64,000 bases of DNA from an uncultured Gemmatimonadales bacterium (GCA_963823035.1 CAWGKG010000021.1:64001-128000), one strand, 5' to 3'; numbered from the stretch's first letter, positions 33,571 through 43,570 are shown. Numbers and translations: made by a program. Notes: a model not told the origin generated them from the letters alone.

Positions 33571-34698
33571 ATGACTCCCAAGGTGACGCGATACCTCGCG
33601 CACGAACGACCGGGAACGCCGGTCCTGATCGTCGACCTCGACTGCGTGGAGGCGAAGTACCACGCGATGACGCGCACACTCCCCGGTGCCCTCGTCTACT
33701 ACGCGGTCAAGGCGAACCCCGCGCGCCAGGTGATTCGTCGCCTGGCCGGGGTCGGTTGTCACTTCGACGTCGCCAGCCTGCACGAGGTACGCTCGACGCT
33801 CAGAGAGGGAGCGCCCCCCGAGCGCCTGTCCTTCGGCAACACCATCAAGAAGGAAGCGGACGTCGCGGAGGCGTTCCGGTTGGGCGTGCGGTTGTTCGCG
33901 TTCGACTCGGAAGCCGAGCTGGAAAAGATCGCGAGGGCGGCACCGGGCTCGCGCGTCTTCTGCCGCATCCTGATCGACTCCCTCGGGGCCGACTGGCCGC
34001 TGTCGCGCAAGTTCGGCTGCGCGCCCGCCATGGCCGTCGAGCTGTTGGCGCGTGCCGGGTCCCTCGGGCTGCGGCCGTGGGGTCTTTCCTTCCACGTGGG
34101 ATCGCAGCAGACCGACCCCGGCCAGTGGGACCCCGCGATACGCCTGTCGCGTGACGTCTTCGGCGAGCTCGCGTGCCGGGGAATCAGGCTGCCCATGCTC
34201 AACCTGGGCGGCGGATTCCCTGCGACCTACCAGTGTCCCGTGCCTCCTCTCGAGGAGTACGGTGCGTGCATCCGCACGAGCCTACGGCGTCACTTCGGTC
34301 GATCCGTTCCCCAGATCGTCGTCGAGCCCGGGCGAGGGCTGGTGGGCGATGCGGGCGTCATCGAGACGGAGGTCGTGCTCGTCTCGCGCAAGGATGGTGG
34401 CGACGACGATACGTGGGTCTATGTCGACATCGGCAAGTTCGGGGGGCTCGCGGAAACCATGGACGAGATGATCCGGTACCGAATCTCGAGTCCGCGCAGA
34501 GGGCCCAGGCAGCCCGTGATTCTGGCCGGACCCACGTGCGACAGCATGGACGTCCTCTACGAACGAGCGCGCTGCAGGCTACCCAAGGACCTGTGTATCG
34601 GAGACCGATTGCGCATCGCCGGCACCGGCGCGTACACCCGGTCCTATTCGTCGATCGGATTCAACGGGTTTCCGCCGCTGGCCGTGCGCTGCATCTGA
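33571..34698 (+). CDS. Type III PLP-dependent ornithine/lysine decarboxylase
   Basis: YYAVKANP, FDVAS, SFGNTIKK, KFGC, SFHVGSQ, NLGGGFP, EPGR, GPTCDSMD, GAYT..Y....FNGF. Confidence 0.93.
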   Translation: MTPKVTRYLAHERPGTPVLIVDLDCVEAKYHAMTRTLPGALVYYAVKANPARQVIRRLAGVGCHFDVASLHEVRSTLREGAPPERLSFGNTIKKEADVAEAFRLGVRLFAFDSEAELEKIARAAPGSRVFCRILIDSLGADWPLSRKFGCAPAMAVELLARAGSLGLRPWGLSFHVGSQQTDPGQWDPAIRLSRDVFGELACRGIRLPMLNLGGGFPATYQCPVPPLEEYGACIRTSLRRHFGRSVPQIVVEPGRGLVGDAGVIETEVVLVSRKDGGDDDTWVYVDIGKFGGLAETMDEMIRYRISSPRRGPRQPVILAGPTCDSMDVLYERARCRLPKDLCIGDRLRIAGTGAYTRSYSSIGFNGFPPLAVRCI

Positions 34699-34769
34699 GC
34701 CCCGAAAGGCGGCGGCGGGCCGGACGTGATCCCGACCCGCCGCCGTTTCGGTGAAGAGGCCCGCCCGCC

Positions 34770-36134
34770 TCAGCTCGCGAAGTACGTCGTGCACTCCACC
34801 TGGCTCATGATGTCACGAGCCAGGCACTCGTTGAGCGGATAGGGGAAGCCGGGATAGACCCCGTGGGTCGGGGCCGCCCGCGGCAGCTCGTCGAGCATGT
34901 CGTACTGACGGTAGTCGTAGTACTGGAAGCCGCCCTCCCACAGCAGAGACAGCAGCTTGTTGTAGAGGATCTCGTGCAGCAGGTCACCCGAGTAGTCGGA
35001 CGGCAGCGCAGCAAGTCCCCCGTCCACCGTGCGCACCGTGTTCACGTCGGTGATGGCGTCGGCGCGGTTGCCGAGCGCCAGGTTCGCCTCCGCGCGCAGC
35101 AGGAGCAGCTCGTCGTTCGTGATCCACGGCATCGGGGCCGTGAGGCTCTTGTAGACGTCCATCGCGTCCGAGACGGTGATCTCGTAGAGCGTGAAGGTGT
35201 CCACCGCCTTCACCTTGCGCGCAACGCGAGCATCGATCGAGCCGTCCGGCTGCGTCTGGGCGTCCGCACGGATGCGAGGATGCGCGTAGTGGTAGGGGCT
35301 GCTGTAGAAGCCGTTCGGCGCGTCGCCCGAGATCGTGCTGTAGTCGAAGGCCACGCCGAAGTCCATGTCGGCGCCAGGGTCTGCGAACGACGCGTCGACC
35401 GCGGCGATCGTGCCCGACCAGTCGCCCTGGTACTTCAACGCACGCGCCTTGAGGGCACGGTTCACCTGCACGAACGACTGCGGTGAGTTGAAGGCGGAGA
35501 AGCCGGAGGGCAGGGCGAAGGGGAAGGCGCTTCCGCCCGCCTGCAGGTCGGATTGGGCCTCGTCGAAGAGCGCGTCGATGTAGGACCACACCTCCGACTT
35601 GCCGACGATCGGGGACAGGTCGCCATTCGGATCCGGGTTGGGATCGAGCGGCAGGCCCACGTCCACGGCGCGCGCCATGGCGGCCTCCCAGAGGGCGTCC
35701 GCCTTCATCGTCTTCACGAAGCCCGCGGTGGCCCGGCGCTGCTGCTCGTCGTACGGGGAGTTCTCCAGCGCGTCGAGCACCGTGTTGATCTGGGCCACCT
35801 GCGTGTACTGGCCTCCGAAGTAGAGGCCCCCGTTCACCGGGTCGATGGGGTCGACCAGGGCGTCGGTCGTGGTGCGCGGCTCCTCGGGACGGAGGTCGTA
35901 GCCCTCACGCCCCCACACCCCGAGGCGCGTCACCATTCCGGCCTTGAGGCCGCGCTGTGTCGAGACGATCCCGCGCACCGCCGCCGCGATGGTGGCGGCG
36001 GTGGGATTGCCGGTCAGGCCTTCCCGCGCGGGGTTGTTGTAGTTGGGAACGAGAAAGTCGTTGGAGCATCCGGTCACCGTCGCTGCGATCGACGCGGCGG
36101 CGAGGACCCGGCGCAGAATCTTGGTCGCGTTCAT
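34770..36134 (-). CDS. SusD/RagB family nutrient-uptake lipoprotein
   Basis: Lipobox TVTGC, RALKARAL, ELLLLRAEA, NTVRT..GGL, SLLWEGG. Immediately downstream of SusC. Confidence 0.88.
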   Translation of the reverse strand: MNATKILRRVLAAASIAATVTGCSNDFLVPNYNNPAREGLTGNPTAATIAAAVRGIVSTQRGLKAGMVTRLGVWGREGYDLRPEEPRTTTDALVDPIDPVNGGLYFGGQYTQVAQINTVLDALENSPYDEQQRRATAGFVKTMKADALWEAAMARAVDVGLPLDPNPDPNGDLSPIVGKSEVWSYIDALFDEAQSDLQAGGSAFPFALPSGFSAFNSPQSFVQVNRALKARALKYQGDWSGTIAAVDASFADPGADMDFGVAFDYSTISGDAPNGFYSSPYHYAHPRIRADAQTQPDGSIDARVARKVKAVDTFTLYEITVSDAMDVYKSLTAPMPWITNDELLLLRAEANLALGNRADAITDVNTVRTVDGGLAALPSDYSGDLLHEILYNKLLSLLWEGGFQYYDYRQYDMLDELPRAAPTHGVYPGFPYPLNECLARDIMSQVECTTYFAS

Positions 36135-36153
36135 GGGTTCTCCTCGGGCCTGG

Positions 36154-39100
36154 TCAGAAGCCGATGTCGAACGAGAGCCAGAAGCTTCGGCTCGGCGGGT
36201 ACGGAGCGACGTCGACGTTCCGGCCGATGGCCTGGGCGCCGAAATTCGACACCTCAGGGTCCATCCCGGAGTAGTTCGTGAACGTCAGCAGGTTGCGGCC
36301 GCTGAGGGTGAATCGCATGAAGCGCGCCCGCCCCCAGATGCTCTTGGCCAGGTCCTGCGGGATGTCGTAGCTGAGCGTCACCTCGCGGAGCTTCACGAAC
36401 GAGCCGTCCTCGACCCACACGCGGGACGTGCGGCCCGGATAGACCCGCAGACGATACTCGCCCAGCGTCTCGTCGCTCTGGCATCCGGAGATGTTGCACG
36501 GATCGCCGAAGTCGCCTGAGCTCTGGCTCAGGTCGTACAGCCACGCCGTGAGGTTGATGATGTCGCCGCCATGCTGCCAATCCAGGAGCCCGTAGAGGCT
36601 GAAGCTCCCGAGCTCGAAGGTGTTCGAGAAGCCCACACGGAAGTCGGGGTTGGCGTCGCCGATCGCGGTGACGATGCGCGTACCGACCGGGCAGGGGCCG
36701 TCGCAGCGGGGATCGTCCACGACGACGGTCGTGTCACGCCCCACGATCTGCGTCGGGCTCTTGCCCTCCTCGACCTGGAAGCCGCCGAGGGCGGTGCCGA
36801 AGCCACCCGCCGCGAAGGGCGGCACGGGCAGCTCGTCGATGACCGACTTGTCCTTCGAGAAGGTGATCCGCGACGACCAGCTCATGTTCCCCGTCTGGAT
36901 GGGGAGGAGCTGGAGGGCCGCCTCGTAGCCGGAGGTGGTCATGACGCCGCCGTTGAAGATCGCGGTGGCGAAGCCGCTCGACGGCGGCAGCGCCCGCCGG
37001 AGGAGCAGGTCCGTGATGCGTCGGTTGTAGGCCGTGACCTCGAGCTGGCCGCGGCGGTCGAAGAGCGTGGCGTCGAAGCCTCCCTCGATCTCGCGCTGTC
37101 GCTCGGGGTGCAGGTCATCCGCAACGGTGGTGGTGGAGATGTTCAGCGTCTGCAGCCCCGCGATGTTGCCCGAGTTGAGGTTGCTGAACTTGTCCCCGTA
37201 GTTGGGCTGGTTGCCCGCCTGACCCCACGCGCCGCGGATCTTGAGTTCGTCCAGCGTACCGGGCACGAGGTCGGGGAAGCGGAAGGAGCCGGCGAACTTC
37301 GGATACACGTAGTAGCTCTTCGTGTCCGCGTTGTTGCTCGACCGATCCGCGCGCACACCCGCTGTCAGGAGCAGGCGCTCGTTGAACAGGAGGGCCTCCT
37401 CCTGCCCAAAGAAGCCGAGGTCCTTCACGAGCTGGCGGTTCTGGAAGACGCCGGGGTTCGTGCCCGCGTCGATGTTCGTCTGGCCGACGATCAGGTCCTC
37501 GTTGAGGATGCGCGCGATGTCGAGGTCACGCTCCTCGTACTGCATGCCGAGCGACGTGGTGGCGCTGACGCCGAGGTCGGCGGGCTGCCACGTGTGCACG
37601 ACGTTGGCGTTGGCGTTCATGTTGAGGTTGTCGGTCTGCCCCAGGAAGCTCGTTCCCGGCTTTCCGTCGATGGGCTCGAACTGCAGCTCCGGCGGCGAGT
37701 AGACGACGTTCTTCAGGTTGAAGAAGTCGACGCCCCCCGACGCGCTCAGGCGCAGCGTCTGCTCGTCGGTCTGGATGGCGTTGACCTGAAGGTCGACCGA
37801 GCCGAGCATGCGCCACACGGACTCGTCGTTCTTGGCGAGCGCCGCGGTCTGCAGCGGGTTCGAGTTCGCGAAGGGGTTGTCCGGCCAGGTGCCGTCGGCG
37901 TTCTGGCGGAGGTCGACGAACGTCGGCGACTGCGGGAAGGTCATCCAGTACGAGATGGAGCGGTTGTCGTTGTTCGTGAAGCCCCGCCCGGTCTTCGTGT
38001 GGATCCCGTTCATGTTGACCTTGAGCGAGACGCGCGACCCGATGTTCTGGTCGATGTTCAGGCGGAGGGCCTGCTTGTCGTAGTACGTCCCGGTGATGAT
38101 GCCGCCGTCATGCTTGCCCAGCGCAGACACGAAGTAGCGCGTGTCCTCCGTGCCGCCGCTCACGCTGAGTGCGGTCTCGTGCGACAGCGGGTTGTTGCCG
38201 GCCAGCTCCTCCTCGTGGTCGTAGAAGGCGCCCGCCTGCCAGAACTCGCTGGCGCGCGGACCGAACGCCTGCACGGCCGCCGCCTCCGTATCGAAACGGC
38301 GTAGGCCCAGCTTGTTGGAGAGGTCGAACGTTCCGAAGCGCTGGGTGAGCGAGAACTGCGGTGCGCCGGACTTGCCGCGCTTCGTCGTGATGATGATCAC
38401 GCCGTTGTTGGCCTTGGAGCCGTAGATCGCGGCCGCGGAAGCGCCCTTCAGGACCTCGATGCTCTCGATGTCGTTCGGGTTCAGGTCGGCCACGCGGTTC
38501 GGGGCGTTGTCCTGGTTGGACGCGAAGCCGCCGTTGAAGGCACCTCCGCTCGCCCGCGTGATGACGTTCGTGCCGGAGGCCACGGAGATGTCGCTGACGA
38601 TCACCCCGTCGACGATGTAGAGGGGCGTGGACGCGCCGATGATCGTGGATACGCCGCGCAGGTTGACCTGCATGCCCCCGCCGGGCGCGCCGCTGTTCGC
38701 CTGGATGTCGGCGCCCGCGATCTTGCCGGCGAGCTGCTGCTCGAAGCTCGCGGCCGGTGCCTTGGTGAGCTCTTCCGCGCTGACCGTGGAGACGGCGTTG
38801 GCGAGGTTCCGTCTGGCGACGGAGGTGGCCGTGCCCGTCACCACGATCTCGTCGAGGTTGAGGGCGTCACTCGTCAGGGTGATGGTGACGTTCGCCTGGG
38901 CGTTGTCGACGTCGACCGTCTGTGTGGACCAGCCGATGAGCGTCGCTCGAAGTCGGACCGGACCGGCAGGCACTGCGAGATGGAAGCGACCGGCCTCGTC
39001 CGAGAACGTCCCTCGTCGGGTGCCGACGAGCTGGATGCCCACATCGGCGAGGGCCGCTCCCTCCGCCGAAACGACGCGGCCGCTGATCTCCCGTTGCTGG

Positions 39101-39171
39101 GCACGCAGCGCCATCGGCGCGGCCAGCGACAGGAGCGCGAGGCACAAGCTCCGCACGCTCGTGGTTCTCAT
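36154..39171 (-). CDS. SusC/RagA family TonB-dependent outer-membrane transporter
   Basis: Carboxypeptidase-regulatory-like N-domain, LDEIVVTG, PLYIVDGV, DIESIEVLKGASAAAIYGSKANNGVIIITTKRG, EDGSFVKLREV, YP.SRSF, terminal Phe. Confidence 0.95.
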   Translation of the reverse strand: MRTTSVRSLCLALLSLAAPMALRAQQREISGRVVSAEGAALADVGIQLVGTRRGTFSDEAGRFHLAVPAGPVRLRATLIGWSTQTVDVDNAQANVTITLTSDALNLDEIVVTGTATSVARRNLANAVSTVSAEELTKAPAASFEQQLAGKIAGADIQANSGAPGGGMQVNLRGVSTIIGASTPLYIVDGVIVSDISVASGTNVITRASGGAFNGGFASNQDNAPNRVADLNPNDIESIEVLKGASAAAIYGSKANNGVIIITTKRGKSGAPQFSLTQRFGTFDLSNKLGLRRFDTEAAAVQAFGPRASEFWQAGAFYDHEEELAGNNPLSHETALSVSGGTEDTRYFVSALGKHDGGIITGTYYDKQALRLNIDQNIGSRVSLKVNMNGIHTKTGRGFTNNDNRSISYWMTFPQSPTFVDLRQNADGTWPDNPFANSNPLQTAALAKNDESVWRMLGSVDLQVNAIQTDEQTLRLSASGGVDFFNLKNVVYSPPELQFEPIDGKPGTSFLGQTDNLNMNANANVVHTWQPADLGVSATTSLGMQYEERDLDIARILNEDLIVGQTNIDAGTNPGVFQNRQLVKDLGFFGQEEALLFNERLLLTAGVRADRSSNNADTKSYYVYPKFAGSFRFPDLVPGTLDELKIRGAWGQAGNQPNYGDKFSNLNSGNIAGLQTLNISTTTVADDLHPERQREIEGGFDATLFDRRGQLEVTAYNRRITDLLLRRALPPSSGFATAIFNGGVMTTSGYEAALQLLPIQTGNMSWSSRITFSKDKSVIDELPVPPFAAGGFGTALGGFQVEEGKSPTQIVGRDTTVVVDDPRCDGPCPVGTRIVTAIGDANPDFRVGFSNTFELGSFSLYGLLDWQHGGDIINLTAWLYDLSQSSGDFGDPCNISGCQSDETLGEYRLRVYPGRTSRVWVEDGSFVKLREVTLSYDIPQDLAKSIWGRARFMRFTLSGRNLLTFTNYSGMDPEVSNFGAQAIGRNVDVAPYPPSRSFWLSFDIGF

Positions 39172-39464
39172 TCTGCTCCTCCGTGGAGTTGGCGAACACC
39201 GGGCAGGCAGGCCCGGCGACAAGCCCCTTCGCCCGCGCGGGCGAACCCGACGCGAGCGGGGCGCTGCCGGCATCCCCGAAGGGGTGCCGGCGGCACTGGT
39301 CACACCTCTATGCAGTTGGCAAGGTCGCCTGGCTGGGGGGAGGGACGGCGAACCTCAAACCTGCGAAAATGGATGGAACAGGAATGTCTATATCACGCGA
39401 CACGCCCGGCACGCAACCCGATGCCGTAGGGCTGGCGGGAGCGTGCTTGCGCCGGACGCGCAGC

Positions 39465-39854
39465 CTATCGGCGGACGAGGGTGGAGTGCTCGAGGGTGAC
39501 GGCGAGCGTCCAGACGTAGGCGTCGTCGGGGCCGATCGCGACCAGGGGGCTGCGGTACACCTGGTTGGATCCCACGGGATCCGCCTCGAAGTAGATGGAG
39601 ATCCCGGGTGCGTCCATCCCGCGCGGCAGGCGGAAGGTCTGGTCGCCGTTGGTGGACACCTGGCCGAGGCGGGCGCGGGCTCCGCCGCGCACCACGGAGA
39701 TGGTCATGTCCGCCCAGTGCCGGTTGTCGACGCGCAGGGTGACGGTGGAGGCGCCTCGCCGGGACCCGCTGAAAGGGCTCGCGCGCCTCGGCGTGCAGGA
39801 CGGCGGGACGACGACGAGAAGCAGCAGCGCGATGCGGACACCCAACATCTTCAT
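39465..39854 (-). CDS. Small hypothetical beta-rich (lipo)protein
   Basis: Hydrophobic N-terminus with Cys, TLRVDNRHWADMTISV, RLGQV, ADPVGS. GGGGG RBS. Confidence 0.7.
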   Translation of the reverse strand: MKMLGVRIALLLLVVVPPSCTPRRASPFSGSRRGASTVTLRVDNRHWADMTISVVRGGARARLGQVSTNGDQTFRLPRGMDAPGISIYFEADPVGSNQVYRSPLVAIGPDDAYVWTLAVTLEHSTLVRR

Positions 39855-40020
39855 CACGGCCCCCTCGTCACGAGTCGACGCACGTCGTGGCCGCTTCCGG
39901 CTTCGACGTCGACGGACACCTGCACCTTCTGATGGCGACGGCTCGCGTTTGGCGCAAGCTCGACGATGTGCGGCGCGTCGACGGCGGCGCGTTCGGCACG
40001 CCGCGCGCCACGAGCGAGGC

Positions 40021-40475
40021 TCAGTCCCCCGAGAGCACCCGTGCGGGGTCGATCCCGAGCGTGCGGCGCACCGGCCCGTGCGCGGCCGCGAGCACCGTGG
40101 CGCCCAGCACCGCCGACGCCAGCACGAGCGACACGGGCTCGAAGGGCGCGACGCCGTAGACGACCTGGTCGAGGAGCCCGGCGCCGACGTAGACGGCCGC
40201 GGACCCGAACACCACGCCCGCCACGAGGGCGGGGGGGCCAGCGCGGCGACGGTGGCCCGCACCGTGGCAGCGGCCGTTCGACGGTCGGTCCCGGTGCAGA
40301 GCCGTACGATCAGGCGCGCCGTGCCCATCGACGTGTACCACCCTGGGTCTCGTGCACGTACATCTCGGCGCGGGCCGGGCTCGTGAGGTCCATGCGCTTC
40401 ACGTCGGGGGCCACCCCGACCACGCGCAGCCAGGCGTAGGGAGCGTCCGGCGCTCCCCCAGCTTCACGCGGGGGC
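40021..40475 (-). pseudogene. C-terminal remnant of an ADOP/FtsX-type ABC permease with internal deletion
   Basis: WLRVVGVAPDVK...EMYV, then VRATVAAL joined directly to LVAGVVFG...YGVAPFEP...PVRRTLGIDP. No N-terminal half, and the usual EIGIR.ALGA segment is absent. Confidence 0.7.
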
Positions 40476-40526
40476 GACGCAGGGTGCTCACCGGGCCGTG
40501 GAAGCGCAACTGCGCGCCCGCCCCCG

Positions 40527-41633
40527 CTACGACCCGGACGGCTCCGACATCCTGAGAAGCTCCTCCAGGTATGGCTTCCAAACCACCGCCTTGGTGTGCG
40601 TGCCGTGGCCGACGGTCTCGTCGCTCAGCGGAATCACCACCGCCTTCCCGCGCTGCACGCGCACGATCTCCTTCTCCAGGATCCCGAGCTCGGGCGGGTT
40701 GATGAGGTCGTCCGCGGAGTTGATGGCCATGAGCGGCGCCCGGATCTTCTCCAGGTCGGGCGCGGGGTCGTAGTCTTCCGAGGCGCGGAAGGCGTAGAGG
40801 ATGTCGTTCGCGTCGCGGGAGCGCATGAAGCTGGCGCCGGTCTCGGCCATCGCGCGGTCGGCGCTCGCCAACGTGGGGTGTGCCCGGTAGTGCGTGATGG
40901 GATTGCCGCCCATGAAGCTCAGCATCTCGCCCACGAACGCCATCGCCTGCAGCGGCCCCGTGTAGTCTCCGCCCCGGTAGTCGGGATCGTTCTGGATGGC
41001 GTCGATGATCATCTTCCGCCACATGCGGTTGCGGCCGGAGATCGGCCCGGGCACGCTCGCGAGCGGCATGAGCGCGTCCATGAAGTCGGGATACATCTCG
41101 CCCCACAGCCAGGAGTGCATCCCGCCCATCGAGGTGCCCATGACCAGGCGCAGGTGGTTCACGCCGAGCCCATCGGTGAGAAGCCGATGGTCGGCGTCCA
41201 CCATGTCGCGGTAGCCGTAGTGCGGGAAGTGGGCATGCAGACCCTCGCTCGGGCGGCTGGATCCGCCGTGTCCGATCGCGTCGACGAGGACGATGAAGTA
41301 CTTCGACGCGTCGAGGAGCTGGCCCGGTCCGAAGAGCACGCCGGCGAAGCGGTCGTTGAGGAAGTTGGTGCCCGCCCCGGTCGTGCCGTGCATCACGAGC
41401 ACCGCGTTCGTGGTCCGGCCGCTCGCGTCCTTCCGCAGCGTCCCGATCGTCCGGTAGTGCATGCGCAGCTCGGGGAGGGTGTTCCCGTCCCGGAACGCGA
41501 AGTCGCGGATCACGTAGTCGTGCTCGACGGGCTCGGGATAGCCCGTCTGGGCGGGCGCCGGCCGCGCCGCGAGGGTCGTCAGGAGAAGCGCCGCGACCAC
41601 GGCGACGCCGGATGGGCTCGGGAACGGACGCAT
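40527..41633 (-). CDS. Secreted alpha/beta hydrolase, homoserine O-acetyltransferase-like
   Basis: Signal peptide, MHYRTIG, LVMHGT, GTSMGGM nucleophile elbow, NSADD..NPP, GHGTH. Confidence 0.88.
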   Translation of the reverse strand: MRPFPSPSGVAVVAALLLTTLAARPAPAQTGYPEPVEHDYVIRDFAFRDGNTLPELRMHYRTIGTLRKDASGRTTNAVLVMHGTTGAGTNFLNDRFAGVLFGPGQLLDASKYFIVLVDAIGHGGSSRPSEGLHAHFPHYGYRDMVDADHRLLTDGLGVNHLRLVMGTSMGGMHSWLWGEMYPDFMDALMPLASVPGPISGRNRMWRKMIIDAIQNDPDYRGGDYTGPLQAMAFVGEMLSFMGGNPITHYRAHPTLASADRAMAETGASFMRSRDANDILYAFRASEDYDPAPDLEKIRAPLMAINSADDLINPPELGILEKEIVRVQRGKAVVIPLSDETVGHGTHTKAVVWKPYLEELLRMSEPSGS

Positions 41634-41932
41634 GACAGGCCTCCAGGTCGGCTCTTCCTTCGTTGCTCTTCGCTCACCGCGCGCGCTTCATCCCGACGCG
41701 TCCCGGTGGACGTGTCAACCTGGTTCGAACCTACAGGGCGGGCGCTGCCCCCGCTTGAAGGCTCGCGATCCGCCCCCTTTCCCCGCTCCACCCTCGCGCG
41801 GGCCCCATCCTTGCGTTAGGCTTCTGGCGTAGCGGGAGCATGATCTCCCGAGGTGACGCTGGCGGCGAGCACTCCCGCAGTGCCGTTGGCCGGCGTCTTC
41901 CGTTCGCGGGTAGAGACCCGTCCGAGGCAGCG

Positions 41933-42190
41933 ATGGCCAAGCAGGAGGCAGTGGAGGTAGAGGGGCTGGTCACGGAGGTTCTTCCGGACCAGAACTTCCG
42001 GGTGCGCCTGCAGAACGATCACGTCGTCCTGGCCTACGCGGCGGGGAAGATGTCCAAGTTCCGCATTCGTGTACTGGTGGGTGACCGGGTCACGCTCGAG
42101 CTCTCTCCCTACGACATGACCCGCGGTCGCATCACGTATCGTCACAAGGCCGGGGACGCCCCCCCGCCGCCCCAACGCCGGAGGCGCTGA
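41933..42190 (+). CDS. infA: Translation initiation factor IF-1 (stand-alone copy with C-terminal extension)
   Basis: [22 protein letters not shown]...VLAY.AGKM...[24 protein letters not shown]. Confidence 0.95.
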   Translation: MAKQEAVEVEGLVTEVLPDQNFRVRLQNDHVVLAYAAGKMSKFRIRVLVGDRVTLELSPYDMTRGRITYRHKAGDAPPPPQRRRR

Positions 42191-42194
42191 GTTC

Positions 42195-42518
42195 GTGGCG
42201 TACGACCATGCTCCGCAGCGGCGCGAGTCCCTGCGGATCGCGTCGGTGGACAAGGCCGGTTGGGATGCGGACTCCGCGAGGATTCCGTGTGTCGGTGAGG
42301 ACGTGTTGTCGGTCGACGGCGTAGGCGAAGTCGTGCGTGTGCTCGGCCGAACCAGCGACGGAAGCAGGCTTCTCGAGCTCCGCTTGGCCGAACGGCCGAA
42401 GCCTCCTTATTTTGCAGCAGCGTCCAACGTGCTCCAGCGAACCGAGCCGGAGCGCGGGGAAACTGCTATGTTGGGCGAGTCGGCGGAGGGCGCAGCCCCC
42501 TTCCGAAGCATGGGATGA
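42195..42518 (+). CDS. Hypothetical protein (possible SH3/KOW-like beta barrel)
   Basis: GTG start 4 nt after the infA stop. P.VGE.V...DG.GEVVRVLGRT.DG.RLLEL pattern. Confidence 0.6.
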   Translation: MAYDHAPQRRESLRIASVDKAGWDADSARIPCVGEDVLSVDGVGEVVRVLGRTSDGSRLLELRLAERPKPPYFAAASNVLQRTEPERGETAMLGESAEGAAPFRSMG

Positions 42519-42651
42519 AGAGTATTTTCTCAGTTTGTGGCACGTCGCCACTACCCAGCGTGGGGGAACAACCACGTGGGTCAGCAGTCGGTAGCTACGG
42601 ATCTTCCGGAGATTCCGACCGAGGACCGAAGCGCACATAGGAGCAGCAAAG

Positions 42652-42858
42652 ATGCGTAGCACCGGCACTGTGAAGTGGTTCAACGATCAGAAGGGATTCG
42701 GCTTCATCACCCCGGACGACGGCGGCAAGGACTGCTTCGTTCACCACTCGGCGATCCAGGCCCAGGGCTTCAAGACCCTGAGCGAGGGCGACAAGGTGGA
42801 GTTCGACGTCACGCAGGGTCAGAAGGGCCCCGCGGCGGAGAACGTCGTCAAGGTCTGA
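42652..42858 (+). CDS. Cold-shock protein (CspA family)
   Basis: GTVKWFN.QKGFGFI (RNP1), DCFVHHSAI (RNP2), [18 protein letters not shown]. Confidence 0.97.
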   Translation: MRSTGTVKWFNDQKGFGFITPDDGGKDCFVHHSAIQAQGFKTLSEGDKVEFDVTQGQKGPAAENVVKV

Positions 42859-42874
42859 CGAAGATCTCCAGGTG

Positions 42875-42916
42875 AACGGGGTCTCCCGGGTGCCAAGCGC
42901 CCGGGAGGCCCCGTTT
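42875..42916 (+). terminator. Rho-independent terminator after csp
   Basis: AACGGGGTCTCCCGGGTGC-CAA-GCGCCCGGGAGGCCCCGTT stem ending in TTT. Confidence 0.7.
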
Positions 42917-42971
42917 GCATATCCGTCCCGACCCCTCGGATCGGCAGGCGTTCGGATGGATGTGCTGCCGC

Positions 42972-43375
42972 GGGCGGCCCTCGTCGATCCACTTCTTCCG
43001 GCCGCCGTCGAGCAGGCGCACGTCGGGGTGGCCGAAGAGGGTGAAGACCCAGAGCGCGTACGCCGCCCACCAGTTGAAGTTGTCTCCGTAGAAGACGACG
43101 GTGGTGCCGCGCGCGATGCCACGCTCGGACATCAGCCGCGCGAAGGCTTCCCCGTCGACATAGTCCCGCGTGAGGGCATCGTTCAGGTCCATGTGCCAGT
43201 CGACCTTCACCGCACCGGGGATGTGTCCGGTGTCGTAGAGCAGCACGTCCTCGTCGGACTCCACCACGACCACATCGGGATCTTCGCGATGCTCCGACAG
43301 CCACTCGGTGGATACGAGCATGTGCGGGTCGGCATACTGCTGGAAGCGCGGATCGGGATCGTAGGGGGCAGCCAT
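42972..43375 (-). pseudogene. Truncated sulfurtransferase (SseA/rhodanese), N-terminal domain only
   Basis: [59 protein letters not shown], then similarity ends. No second domain or catalytic Cys. Confidence 0.82.
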
Positions 43376-43570
43376 CGGATCCTCGGGATCGAAGGGTTCC
43401 ATGGGGCGCGCCGCCGAGGCGGCGCGGCGGACAGCGGGCGAGCCGGGACAAGACCCTACCCGGCTGGGGGCCTTCGGTTCAGGTCGCGCCTTGCACACGC
43501 CACCCTCCCGCGGAGGGCGCACGTACCGGGCGCACGGAACCCCGACACCCTCCCCGAGGGTAGCCGACGC

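Noticed and set aside
41722..41731. GGTTCGAACC resembling a tRNA T-loop
   Set aside because: No acceptor stem, D-arm or anticodon arm can be built around it.
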